DNA of 63,780 nucleotides, the filler included, from Kipferlia bialata (Eukaryota), in assembly GCA_003568945.1 (NCBI GenBank). It is 7 parts of 7 records of this genome, joined end to end, with 100 filler letters (N's around TTAATTAATTAA, not from the genome) between each part and the next. Parts side by side here need not be neighbours in the genome. Positions count along the whole stretch, not along the records: positions 30,238 to 42,059 come from BDIP01001177.1; positions 42,160 to 53,976 come from BDIP01001178.1; 5 more parts are not named here. One strand, written 5' to 3'. The notes under the pieces were generated by a model that saw only the letters and a list, made by a program, of their open reading frames with translations, was not told where the DNA came from and did not search any database. Position 1 is the stretch's first letter, and every line of letters starts with the position of its first letter. This document shows, piece by piece, positions 39,133 through 52,552 of the stretch. Position numbers and translations under genes: made by a program.

Positions 39133-41163
39133 CCCCCCCCCCCCCCTCCCTCTCCCTCTCCCTCTCACTATTCTTACATGTGTATATGAATATACTTATA
39201 TCAGGGCCCTTCTGCCCCAACCGTATACCCACTCCTCCCCCTACCCGTCTGTCTTTGCCCCCCTGTACTTCACAGCACCCATCGGAGGGGGGAGGGTGGT
39301 GAGCATACACACAGACAGCCACAGGTATAGAATACAACACTGCATACATAGTATTCATCACAGTGTGAAATTACTCCGTCATATTCTTGCCCATATGTAT
39401 TGGTCTGTACCTCTTCTCCCATTCACTCCCCATCACTTTCTTATGGGCAGGGACCTGGTGGCAGGTGATCAAGGGAAGTGGCTGGAGGTACGCTCAGTGT
39501 ATATGTACATATCCTGGTTTTGCATGTGTTGTTAATCCCCTCGCACTCTCTAACAGCATTCTACGTCGTCTATGTGTTATACACTATTTCAGAGTCTTAC
39601 CCCCAGGCCACCCTCTCCGCCCACTCTCGTGAGGATGGGTTCCTCTTAGCCATGATGCACAAACCAGCAGTGTGTGCAGGTGGGGCACATAACACTGCAC
39701 TTATATATCCATATACCCAACAACCCTACGGAATCAGATACACATACATATGCATAGACCAACGGTGTGTGCAGGTTTGGTATCCGTATATTGATACTTC
39801 TATTCTGTCACATTCGTGCCACTAAATGTGTAGCTCACCCCCAGGCTCTGGCATTGACCTCAATGACGGAGACTATCACCATGGGCCATTTGTGGTGAGT
39901 ATGGTTACCTGTCTTCCTCAGAGAGATACACAGTGTATATTATACAGTGTATATTATTAGCTGCATCTCATTCTAGGTCCGCACCCTTGCTGGCCCTGAC
40001 GGCGGCATGGGTGCAGACATAGCCCTTGAGGGACACGTCCACTCAATGCAGGTCAGGACATCTGATAATTTTGAAGTATTTGATAATCTATGTGTGTTGT
40101 GGTAAAGTGAGTTGGGCATTATGCTCTGTGTGGGGCTTACCACTCACAACCAGGCCTACTCCGTGTCTGTGTCCGAGGACACCCAGCCAGACGTGTATGT
40201 ACAGGCATGCGTCGATGAGGTACATTATTCAATATATACATATAGTGTATGTTAGTGTACTGAAAGGTGTTCCCTCATGCCCAGGACTCCCAAGATGTGG
40301 ATAGATCTGTCTGCACAGGCACATCCGACCGGTGAGTGTGTGTGTACGAGTAGTATGTTCCGTTCTCTTATCTCTACATGATATATCATCCCTTGAGTAC
40401 GATCAGTCTCCCTCTAGTGTCTCACACCAGCGATGTCCCATACCTCATCATTTATGTTGCTTGCTATTAGTATATGTATACAACTATTCTCACTGTGATA
40501 TTATGTTCAGCTCACCCAGCGATGTGCCCATATATTGGTTTCCATGTGTATATATACCTTATCTGTCAAACTGTGAACTATTGTTCGTTGTTCATCTCAC
40601 CCAGCGATGTGCCCTACCTCATCACGGGTATGCCAGACGAGGAACAGGAGGGAGAGGCATTTGAGGTATATACGTAGATATATACACGATATGTCGTGTA
40701 TTTGTATATATACAATTTCTCACTCCAGGTGGACTCCCCTGCATTCATATGCTTACTTTACGTATATCTATANNNNNNNNNNNNNNNNNNNCCCTGCATT
40801 CATATGCTTACTTTACGTATATCTATACTATATGTATATTTACATTTTCTCACTCCAGGTCGACTCCCCTGCATTCATGGCGGCACACTCAGGGAGCACA
40901 TTGGGTAAGGATATACATGCAGCCACTCTCTTACTATTCTATATGTACAGTGTTTGACACTATCTCTCCTCTCCCTGACCCCCAGCCTCCCTCAAGATGT
41001 GCAGGTCTGGGATGTACTTCACCCCATTCGACGTAAGGTTAGTGTAGTATACTATGGGTATACAGTTATACCTGTAACTTGAACGACGTACTCACCCAAG
41101 ACTCAACTATATTCTGCCGGAGAGGACTATTGTCTTCCCATACACTCAATGAGGTGTCTATGA
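38894..41163 (+). CDS. Hypothetical protein, about 12 small exons
   Basis: Phase-consistent chain MQLSRDAECYQDQLAT|WPFCPNRIP...|WDLVAGDQGKWLE|ATLSAHSREDGFLLAMMHKPAVCA|GSGIDLNDGDYHHGPFV|VRTLAGPDGG...|AYSVSVSED...|DSQDVD...|DVPYLITG...|VDSPAF...|SLKMCRSGMYFTPFD|TQLYSAGEDYCLPIHSMRCL*. No family recognised. Confidence 0.6.
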
Positions 41164-41736
41164 GCTCCTTTTAGCTGACAATACCAGAGAGTAGGGTATT
41201 GGATAGAGTCTTTGGCACTCTACCAGACTCAATCATTGATCATTTTAAACACGGTCCAATATAGTATTGACCTATCTGGTCTTAAGTCACTTAAGACTCT
41301 GAAGTCTTCCTAGAATAATGACCTTTTGTACTGCCAAGTTGGTAGTGCGTATATTGAAAACAGTGACAAAAGTCAATTCTCCACACTGGAATCAAGGCCT
41401 CCGTTTGAAGGTTCGAGTAGAGACTGTCTAATGATGACTCGTCACTTTCACGACAATGGGTCAAAACTCCTACATTGAGGTTCGTCAACACAACACAATG
41501 ATGATACGAGGCAATCTCACTCGGAGTGAGGGTCTTTGATAGGGAGCTGTGGCTAAAGGTAGACCTAAAGCATCCGACCCAGAATATAACCTCGGTTCAT
41601 CACAGCAGTACGTTACAATGATAACTGGGGTTCGTCTGATGTCACCGTGTTCAACTGTACACTTCAGGGTCAAGAAAGTTGCAGATACCTCCTACGCAGA
41701 TGAGGGGCTCGACTGCCTCCAGGCCCACTCTCACTC

Positions 41737-42059
41737 TCACTCTCGTCGGCGTCTGCGTCTCCTCTGCCTCCATTGCCTCCATCTCTCTGTCTCATCCTCC
41801 AGCATTATCTCAGCGGTCTTGGCAGAGATAATCTCATCGTTGGCTGCATACTCGCACTCGTCATAAGCCATGCTAGGACTCAACCCACAGAGTTTAGCGA
41901 TGTGCCTGAGTGGTAGGCGACAGAACTCAGGTAGGCTGTAGCAGTAGAACCACTTGCGAATGAACAGGCGCTTCTCCCTGCCAATCTTGGCACTAGACAT
42001 CCCGTCCTTACACCTGCTAAGCATGAGGTCAAGGTCGACAAGGAGGGCGGCCTTGGTGG
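41737..42059 (-). CDS. Intronless ORF fragment with a helix-turn-helix-like segment, open to the contig end
   Basis: ...TKAALLVDLDLMLSRCKDG...LPLRHIAKLCGLSPSMAYDEC... in microsatellite-poor DNA. LRHIAKLCGLSPSMAY fits an HTH pattern by eye. Confidence 0.4.
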
Positions 42060-42159
42060 NNNNNNNNNNNNNNNNNNNNNNNNNNNNNNNNNNNNNNNNN
42101 NNNTTAATTAATTAANNNNNNNNNNNNNNNNNNNNNNNNNNNNNNNNNNNNNNNNNNNN
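42060..42159. other. Artificial contig linker
   Basis: N run + TTAATTAATTAA + N run. Confidence 0.97.
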
Positions 42160-42183
42160 GTATGTGTATATATATACCTCTAT

Positions 42184-43904
42184 ATGTACCACTGCATCGA
42201 CGGGGTGTGGCAGTATGGGTCAAGGTATGTGTATGTGATATATATGTATATACATATATGGGTGAGGCATTTCTGTCCCACTCTCTGTCCATTCTCTGTC
42301 ACCCACACTATTGGTCTTCTCCATATACTGCGCACTCCCCCTTTCTCACAGTCTTTCATCTTCCTTCCACCATAGACTCTATTCAAGAACACCTGTCTCT
42401 CTCTCTCTCTCTCTCTCATCTTCTGACTCTAGACTCAACACTGTCTATATATAAATGTTTATGATATATATGTTATATATATATATATAACTCTGTCCCT
42501 GACCCTAGGCTCAACATCACTGACCCTAATGCTATAGAGATTGGAGACGTCACAGCCATAGGTACCAGGGCATAAGATATATATATATTATATATATTGT
42601 ATATATATTATAGTATGATATATGTAATATATGTGTGTATACTAGTATAGTATAGTAGTGTGAGATGTCACAGCCATAGGTAACGTGACATAGATGTAGA
42701 GATATCGACACCCTTACTGTGTATGTCTCTCTCTATATATCAACATATCCTCACCGTCGATTGGGACTCTGTGGCTTGTCTCTCCAACAAATGTCTCTTC
42801 ATATACAATATAACAGAGTGATAATATATATATAATCTACATATCCTCACTGTCAGATGGTGACTGTGTGGCTGTCTCCAACAGCTATGACCCTGCATAC
42901 AGCATGGGGTCAGCAGTGACACTGTACCACAGAGAGGTATAGTGTATATGTATATAGTATATATTTGTATACTATTATAGTATTGTATAAGTATTTATGT
43001 CACCTACCCTGCATACAGCATGGGGTCGGTGGTGACACTGTACCATAGGGAGGTATGTATACTGCTACTATTTTAGTATATATACAATTGTGTAGGTTTA
43101 TACTACATAGCCAGTCTTACCCATTACTTACCCCAGGCCGATGCCTGGTATAATGTTGACTACTCCCCAATACTGAAGTATTACATATAAGTATGTATAT
43201 ATACATGACTCACTCTCTAGGGCGATGCCTGGTATGATGTTGCCTCCTACCCTGTCCCATCCAACCCAGATGGCACAGAGGGATTTGATAGCAACGTGGC
43301 AATGGGAGGTATACATATAGTATATCTATATACATATATATAGGGGAAGAGACAGAGAGAGAGAGATAATGAGAGTATACTGTCCCATCCAACCCAGATG
43401 GCACAGAGGGGCTGGACAGCAACGTGGCAATGGGAGGTATATGTATCTATGTATATAGATAGACATACATAAGCCTCTAACCCCTAGGTGGTGTCATGAT
43501 CCTGGCCCACCTGTCCCTATATCCTTTGACTATGTATATATAGCATACTAACGACTATAATATAGTATATAAACATCCATGTCTATATGGAAATACATAT
43601 ATAGTGATGGATAACCCTAGGCGGTGTTATGGTCATTACCCATCTCTCTCTCTCTATGTGTGTGTACTATATAGTCATACATGGTGATATATGTATATAT
43701 ACATATACATATACATATCACCATGTATGTATATATAACACCCAGGCGGTGTCATGGTCATTGCCCACCCATCCTACAACCACAGGAAGGGGCAGGTCAC
43801 CGTGTACAGGTGGGTACCTGTGTATATACTACCCTTACTTCATGTGTCTATGAATATTCATGGGTTCATATTATCTCCTCACCTCAGGCTGGGTGTATAT
43901 GCAA

Positions 43905-43952
<48 letters not shown>

Positions 43953-46714
43953 CACTATAAACTATCCTCACCTCAGACTGGGCGCTGATGGGTATGCCCT
44001 TGAGACCACCCTAGAGACAGACACAGCAGGGAGACCAAGTGAGTATATGTATATTTATATACAAATGTGTGTATATATATAGAGAGAGATATAATGGTCA
44101 CCCTGGAGACAGACAGAGAGGGGAGACCAAGTGAGTATATGTATATATATTCATTCTCAATATGTATAATGTCTCCCAATATATGTACAACAAGTAGGTC
44201 TCACTGCCGTATACATATATACATATATGCTTGTATGGGTGTTATGGGGGATTATGTATATATATGTATATAATGTGATATACAGAGAGAATGGAATATA
44301 TATTGTGAATACATACATTGTGCAATTAAGCTTACTCTAACCATCAGGCTGGGGCTACTCCCTAGCAGTATCTCTCAACATAATCCTATACTACGTAGTT
44401 CAAAGGATAGACAGGCTGCATAATTCAGCTCTTGTTGTGATAGTAACTTACCATCAGGCTGGGGCTTCTCCCTAGCAGTGTCTGGCGATGGGTCCAGGAT
44501 ACTGGTCGGCAGCTACGAAAAGTAAGTCCCTTATGGTATAACACTCCAGTACCCAGCTAGTAGCAGTCTATGACTACACACACATACGTATATGCAGTGT
44601 ATATCCGTTATGTATATTATGTATATGTTTGCGTTACTGACCCCAGATCTCAGCCTGACCAGCCTGTGGCAGTGTATGACTATGACACCCAGACACAGAC
44701 ATGGGGGCTGACACAGACACTGGCATGTACGATTTGTATAATATATGCATAGAGAATGTATATATATATATACTGTAGGTATATGACACCCAGACACAGA
44801 CATGGGGGCTGACACAGACACTCACATGTACGTATATATATATATATATATACCTTGGGACTGTGATACGATGATGAATACGTTCTTTGAGTGTCTATAT
44901 ATGACCACACATCATCTCCCTCTGACCCCCAGCTGAGTGTAAGCTTGCCTACCCAGTCAACGTTGCACTGTCGCACAAGGTATGTAGACATATGAGTATA
45001 TATCAAAATGTAGAGAGCTGTGAATCCATGTAAATATTTTGAGAGAGAGTTGTATGATATACATGATATATATATGCATGTCTATACCACTTACCCCAGG
45101 GTACTGTTGCCGCCATTGGATGTCCCATGTATGGAGAGGGTGAGTGGATAAATATACGTGTATATGTCTGGTTCATTGATATATGCTATATTACTATATA
45201 TACTGTGTTTTACTATACACTATATATGTGTATACACTCCTTGTGTTGTCATTGGATACTCCATGTATGGAGAGGGTGAGTTGATGGTATATATACATAT
45301 ATATAGAGAGAGAGAAGGAGAGAGAGAGAGATGTACCTAACCCCAGGCTCCCTTCAGTACTCAGGACGTGTGCAGATGTATGCTCAGGATGAGATATCTA
45401 GGTGAGTATGTACTGTTTATACACACACACATATATATATAAGTATAAGTATTGTACTTATGGTTAGTAGATGGTTAGTCATTTAGTTACTTATTATACC
45501 TAAATGATTAACCATCAGTAAACTCACATGATTCCTGGCCCTGACTGGCAGACCATATCATAATATCATCTTACACATACTAGTGAAACACACACATATA
45601 TACATGTATGTATGTATATAACTAACCTCCAGCAACCTCACATGGTTCCAGGACCTGACTGGCAGGCCCTGGCCCAATGACAACGTGGGGTACTCAATGG
45701 CATTCAACGGAGACGCAGATGGAAGGTATGTGTATACATTGATGGATACGATATATGTGTACTGCTGTGGATCGGTGGGAAGGTGGATGGGAGGTTAGTG
45801 TGTTTGTATATACATATAGTAGGAATTGTAGTCATATGACGTAGAGTTGTAGAACATATGTGAATTATTATACATACATGCCTGTTACTCACACTAGGCT
45901 CTTTGCCACTGGTGCCCCTGAGATGAGTGGTCTGTTTGTGTATGAGAGGGACATGGATGATGGGATGTACTACATGGCAACAAGGTATATCTATATCAAC
46001 CTGAATGCATATACATATATACCTACTTTCTATGATAGAGTGAGTACTCTGTATTCATGAGAGCGACCAAGATGGTGGGATGTACTACATGGCTGCGAGG
46101 TACTTAGCATATGTATAGCTACATATACAGACACTGACTGTGGATATGTGTTCACCCCAGGGAGTACACCGATCCAGAGTAAGAAGTCAGGGATATATCC
46201 TTAACACATTCTCACTCCATATGCAATACTCAGTATGTACACATTTGTGTATATAACCCCAGCGAGTCCACCGACCCCACCCAGGCAGACACATACCTAG
46301 GGGTGAGCGTCACAATCACAGGTATTTCACTACTATGTATCATCCCGTGAATAGTGCAGTATAGTACACCCATTACCCTCCAGGCAACACCCTTCTGAGA
46401 GGTATGCCCAGACTCAGCATCATATATTTATACGTATATGAGTATTCTTATGTATATGTATCAAGGTCCAACTAACTCCTAGGCAGGTCTTTGATCAGAT
46501 ACTCTATATATGTCTGATATGTACCATACATATCCACTAACTCTAATCACCCAGGCGACACCCTCCTGAGCGGCATGCCATGACACTGTGTAGACATCCA
46601 TATAGATATCTGATATATATACAAATATATATATACGTGTTTGCTTCATATTGTCTCACCATCAGGCGACACCCTCCTGAGTGGCATGCCCCGACCTAGC
46701 ATATACATTCATAG

Positions 46715-46748
<34 letters not shown>

Positions 46749-46969
46749 TGATACATCTTATACCAGGCAACACCCTTCTGAGCTGCATGCCGAGCCCTAG
46801 TATCGTTAATAATGCATATTTGTATATTTATATATGTCATCCTATATGTCATCCTATATGTAGACTTATCAATCCGACTAACATAGGCGACACCCTCCTG
46901 AGCGGCATGCCCCGACCTGCCATAGATGCAGGGGCAGTGGCCGTGTTTGACCTTGGTCTGCTGAACTAA
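42184..46969 (+). CDS. FG-GAP (integrin-alpha-like) beta-propeller repeat protein, 5' partial
   Basis: Repeated blades: FDSNVAMG|GGVMVIAHPSYNHRKGQVTVYR; LGFSLAVSGDGSRILVGS; VAAIGCPMYGE|GSLQYSGRVQMY; VGYSMAFNGDADGR|LFATGAPEMSGLFVYER; YLGVSVTIT|GDTLLSGMPRPAIDAGAVAVFDLGLLN*. TAA ends at 46969. Confidence 0.8.
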
Positions 46970-47363
46970 GTTAGTTACAATAGGGACCAATTGATCATAT
47001 AATGAGAGTGATGGGTAGGATCCGTGTTTGACCTTGTCCACACTTGAGTTGAGGCACTAGGTGTTTAGAGAGAGAGGGTCAGTTGGTCCATGTCGTGCTG
47101 GACCTTGGTGTGCAGCCTTACGCACAGAGCCATGTTCAGTTACAGCATAGTCATGTACTTGTGGGGATATTGCGATAAATAAGGTCTATTATTTGGATGT
47201 GAGTGGAGAGTCGAGAGTCATCTTTGTATTCAATTACCTAACATATTCATTATGAATAATTCATGTATCTAGGATAGATTGAATCTATTAGGTTCAATAA
47301 ATTTGACGCTATAGAGAAAATAAAAAGATCATGACTGCAAATTACAGTGCAAGAGGAGTTTTG

Positions 47364-47420
47364 CCTCTAGACTCTAGTCTAGTCTAGTCTAGAGCCTCTA
47401 GACTAGAGGTATTATACCTC
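47364..47420. repeat. CTAG-based palindromic cluster between convergent gene ends
   Basis: TCTAGTCTAGAG-C-CTCTAGACTAGA (47383-47407) is a perfect inverted repeat with a 1-nt spacer, overlapped by GAGGTA-TTA-TACCTC (47406-47420). Confidence 0.8.
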
Positions 47421-47685
47421 AGGTATATCATACTATATATCATAGTAAGACATTTTTACGAATATATCATTGATCACAATTAGTGAATCATTCTCTTCCA
47501 TCCGCATATACATCTTCTCATCTGACTCAATGAGGCACCACTCCATTAGTATCACCATCACACACTGCATTCAGACTCTGAATTTCAGAGACGCAGGCAC
47601 AAATATGAATATATTCTATTATCTATTCTAGAATGCGTATATTGTCTGACTCGACACACTTTGACACTCATACAGCCAGTATGAG

Positions 47686-50600
47686 TCATACATGTGCGAG
47701 AGTGAGAGTACTGCCGCTTCCGGGGTGTATAAGCAACTCCACCCGTGCCTCCTCTCCTGGTGTGCACGGGTAGTTGTGAGACCCCGAGTCTCCAACAATG
47801 GAAATGTTGCTTCCGGACCTGGTGCAAGTGACCTGCTGCTTTCCGATTAGCTGATACATATAGTTCACCGTGTGATCGTGGCTTCGCAGGTTGAGTCTTG
47901 AGGGTGCAGTGAGAGTCCATGATCTGGTCCCGTCCACTGGTGCAAAGACCATTGTGAATGAGGGGTAACTATCACTTACGTTACTCACCAAAGACCTGGT
48001 TACCACAGTCTTTGTCACCCCTGGGGCCTCGACAAACCATGCAGTGGGCTTGAGTGTGACAGTAGGGGCATCACTGCCCTCAGGCAGTGTGGTCCCCTCC
48101 ACAAGGTCCTCTGTCACCTTGGCCCCTCCCATCTGACACTGAGAGAGGTCAGCACCACCGAGGTCCACCTTCTGCAGATCCCACCCTCTCATATCCACTC
48201 CAGTGAGTACAACACCCTTCAGGATGCTGACACTCGCGACATGCTCCTGAGTGATACCGCTGACATCAGTGAGGTTAGCACTGGTCATGACACACCCTGT
48301 GAGAGTGGCGCTGGAGAAGGTGCATCCCCTCAGGTCAGCCATGGAGAAGTCAGACCCTGTCGCATCAGTTCCACTGAGATCGAGGCCTGTCAGATCCATC
48401 CCCTTTAGAGTGCACTGGGTGAGGGCAGACAGAGAGCTGATGTGATCCACAGTGAGGCCTTGCACCCCAGTGAGGTCACACGCAGCCACTCTGCTTCCAG
48501 TCATGTCCCAGCTAGTCACGTTCTGCTCCTTGAAGTCGTCGGATGTCAAGTCAAGGTTGGTCTTGTCCACAATGGCATATGGGTTGACGAGGTTCTGCAC
48601 TCCCTCCTCCAGACCAGTCTCTGTCACCACATACCCATCACCCCAGTCCATAGGGTGCTGTTCCCTAGCAGTATCCACAACCCGCTCTCTCACAGGCACT
48701 CCAAGGATATCAGCTACCTGAAGAGTTAGTATCACTGTACCATAAAGATGGGAAAGAGGCACACCGTGTTTCTAGCCAAATACGCTACAGGACCTCTGGA
48801 AGAAGCAGGTAGGGCTGAAGCTTAGATGACACCTCAGAACGGGACAGAACAGAAGCACGCATCCTGCTGATCTAGGGATAAGAATAGAGAGAACAACCAC
48901 AATGTATATAGGGACATACATAAATGGACGCCAGCACCACTGAACTGTACTGATTTGCCAGGTATAGAGGGTACCGTCCAACGGCAGGTATGTAATTATA
49001 CCTTGGCTTCCATACTTGCGATCTTCTCTCTTATGGCCTGCTTCTCCTCGTCTGAGAGGTACCTTCGTCTAGCGTGAGTAAATGGTGGAGAAAGGAATTA
49101 TTCTACTATTACTGACAACCTGGGAAGGACACAGATACATATTGGACGAATACCAGAGAGAAGAGACTAGATGGTGTATTTCATACCTAAGATAGACAGT
49201 TTGGATGTCCCTCTCGGTCTCTTCGTCCTCGATGTCTTCCGGGGTGACCTGAGGGTTAGTTAGAGAGAGCGAGGACAAATATATAGGTAGTTTACAGACA
49301 GATGCGTCCAATACCTCCTCTCCCAGTCCCTCCAGCTTAGAGATGAGGGCATGTGCCTTGCCCTGTGCCGCAGAGAGGTTGGACAGAAGAGTGACTGTGG
49401 CGGAGCCAATGGTGTCAAGTACCCCCCACCTAGGAGTGAAAGAGTGAGAGGGAAACAGAGAGAGTATGTGGATGAACAGGAAATTGCTCTGGCTGAACCG
49501 ACATACTCCACTCCGAACCGGAGAGAGACACAGAGAGAGAGAGGTTGGATATGTGGGGTGGCATAGCCTATATCTAGACAGATGCACGCCACACCCACCT
49601 GTCGAGGTCCGAGATGTCTCCTTCATCCCCCTGGGGGTCGGCAGTCTGATCTAGGGTGAGGAGGACTCAATACTAGGCCAGGGCAGAACGCACCGAGGAA
49701 AAGATTTTTACACTTACAATATGTATAATAATTTCCTGGTATATAGAGTCACTAATGTGTGTGTCCCTTTCATACCCTGTACCAGATAAACATATACTAC
49801 CTGTGCCGAGTGCCGTGAGTCTCTTGGAATAGCTGAGGATCTCTCTCTGTCTGGAGTAAGGGAGAGGGTACAGAGGTAGAGGAAAGGGGGTGTAGCAGTA
49901 GAGTATTACATGACTACTGGGAACTGCTATATAATATCATATCTTCTCACAAGAGACAGAGAGAGAGAAAGAGGGTACCTGTCAATGATGGGACCCACAA
50001 GATCCAGTAGCTCACGCACAAGACCGTTTGCTAACTCAGCCTGTTATAAGGTGGAAAGGGAAAGATAAAGAATAGGGGGACAATATACCCAATCCTGAGC
50101 CTTACACTTAGGGATACTACGATATTGGGGACAATGTAGAGACATATAATAAGTGACAGTTAGTTACTACTACATACATGTTACTAATAGCAACACAACT
50201 ACTATCTCCACTTCCCTTCGCGAGTCAGGGACAGGGTCTTGGTCCCAGCTTGGAGGGGTATACAATATACAATTCATACACAATTCGTAAATATTATAAT
50301 ATATTGAAGAGTATACTTAAAACAGTATATCTCTATACCTGTCTGCACTTCCTCTTGTAAGTGAGGGACAGGGTCTTGGTCCCAGCTGGGAGGGGGATGA
50401 TGTATGCAGCTGACACCCTCAGTAGGATCTTGGCGCCATTCTAGGGTGAAGGGTTAAGAATTGAACTCGGGGGGATATAATCAGATGTAGATGGAATTTA
50501 GTGGACACAACCACTGACCACACGAGAAGGAGAACCACGAGTGAGTACACACAGTGAAATGTGGGGAGGAGAATGGAGAGATAGATGAGGACTCTTGCGG

Positions 50601-51762
50601 CAGGACTCCTGCCACGTTGAATGGTTGTCTCAACATATAGGATATCTCTCTCCCCCATTCTCTTACGATATGTAATACATATTAGGTACATAGATGATAT
50701 GTATTCTGACACTAATAACAAATCACAGTGTTACACTTGTACCTGCATGTACTCCAGGGACACACTCTCTCTCTCCCCATACTTATATATCAGATATAAT
50801 CTATATATATGTATGTGTATACATATGAGAGTGAGATTAGTACCTGCATGTACTCCAGAGACTCGGCTGGGTCGAAGTCAAGGTTGCGTAGGGCCTAGGA
50901 TGAGAGGCATAATAGGACACAATGACAATATATGCAAACTTGGAAAGTCAAGGAGTATCAGTATTGCATACCTCAAACTGAGAGTGGAACCTCTCCAGCA
51001 GATGTCTCATGGATCCAAGGACAGATGAACAGTCAGCGGAGACAACCTTGGGTAAGACAGTGAAGAGAGAGAGAAGTGGAAGAAGAAGGGACTGCCAGAG
51101 AAATTAGAAAGAGACTGAACCAAGGACTGGGGGGGGGGGGCGAGAGGGATGAGAAAATGGGGAATGCTCTCTGCTCTCTATATGTCCATGACCCACCTCC
51201 CAGGGCCTGGGCCAGGCACTCCTGCACGGCATCTCCTCTTGTGTAGACGTGTATACATAATCCATACTGTACGGTATAGTACTATATGTACACTATAGTA
51301 ACCATGCCTGCTCCACCGGGTGCTCCCCCAGGCAGTCCTGTAGGGAAATGGCGCTGAAGGCGATACCCTCGGCCACGGGGAGGTAGCTAGGTAAGACTTT
51401 AAGCAATGGTAGGACTTGTATGTATATAAGGTATATTATGTGGGGAGATAGCCGCAGCAACAGGAAGGATACTGGGGTTAAAATAGGGGAGCTGAACAGC
51501 GAACACGTGGGAGGGGGTGGGGGGGTAGATAAAACGGCACGAAAAATAGAACAATTCAACTAAAAATATAGGAGTATGATGGCTCCGGTGTTCCAGAGCC
51601 TCTGGAACTTCCAGACGTGACATAGTATGTCACCGTGACATACCTCCCCACCCTCTGTAGGTGTGTGTCCAGGGATGTCTCCTGGGCCAGGAAGGACTTG
51701 GCCTCAGTGATGCTGGGGTCAGAGAGGAGGTCACCAAGAAAGGTGTTTGTGTGTGTGAGTGT

Positions 51763-51801
<39 letters not shown>

Positions 51802-52346
51802 GGGGGGTGGGGGGGGGGTTGTGTAATCCAAGAATAAATGATGAGGGGATCTATGCAGTATTGGACCGGTATTGGGGTGGCAGGAAGAATGGGAGGACTG
51901 AGAAGTTAGAGAGAGAGAGAGAGAGAGAGAGATCATCGTGTACCTGACTGTCTGTGGCACAGAGTACAAACACTGCCCCCTGGCCCTGTATGGATAGGGC
52001 ATCAGCTGAGGCATCACCCTGCAGAACACCAAGGAGGGACTGGGAGGTGAGGCACAATGAACATGAATAGAGAGACAGTGTGGAGAGTTGAGATGATACT
52101 GAACATGGTGTTTGAAGAAGCCGTAGTGTTGCTGTCTCTCCCTACCTCTATGTGGGTGTTCCCGTGCGTGTTACCACAGGAAGGCAGCACCGTATACAGC
52201 CCATCATCGCCATCCTCTCCCTCTCCCTCTCCTTCCACTCCCTCTCCTTCCACCTCTCTCTCAGCCACCGTCTCCCCTCTCTCCGCGGCCCACTTCTCTC
52301 TCCGTCCCATTACCCTGAAGCCAAGGTCCTGAGCAGCGGATAGCAT
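47686..52346 (-). CDS. Multi-exon protein: degenerate SNF2_N-like region, helical linker, C-terminal pentapeptide repeats
   Basis: Terminal exon 47686-48718 has clear pentapeptide repeats (LKGMDLTGLDLSGTDATGSDFSMADLRGCTFSSATLTGCVMTSANLTDV; LTGVDMRGWDLQKVDLGGADLSQCQMGGAKV). Upstream exons join in phase from about 51050 (...RASVLSRSE|VADILGV). The link to ATG 52346 has two junctions (about 51700-51940 and about 51270) that I could only resolve tentatively. The SNF2 resemblance is by eye. Confidence 0.6.
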
Positions 52347-52552
52347 TGATCAGAAAGGGTGTGGGGTTATTTGCTTGCAAGGCATTCCACTGTAGAGCCA
52401 CTTGTCACCTCTGATTCAGAGGCTCTGAAGTTGCTCTATACCCTTTTCGCAAACGTCCCAAAAATACCAGTGAAGGGTCCTAGGCTACACTGCGGCCCAC
52501 CGATTCAATCCAACTCAATCCATGACAATGCTTGGGTTGCCTCTCTTCAGCT
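52347..52552. promoter_or_regulatory. Putative bidirectional promoter (about 206 bp) between divergent paralogs
   Basis: Separates ATG 52346 (-) from ATG 52553 (+). Inferred from position. Confidence 0.5.
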
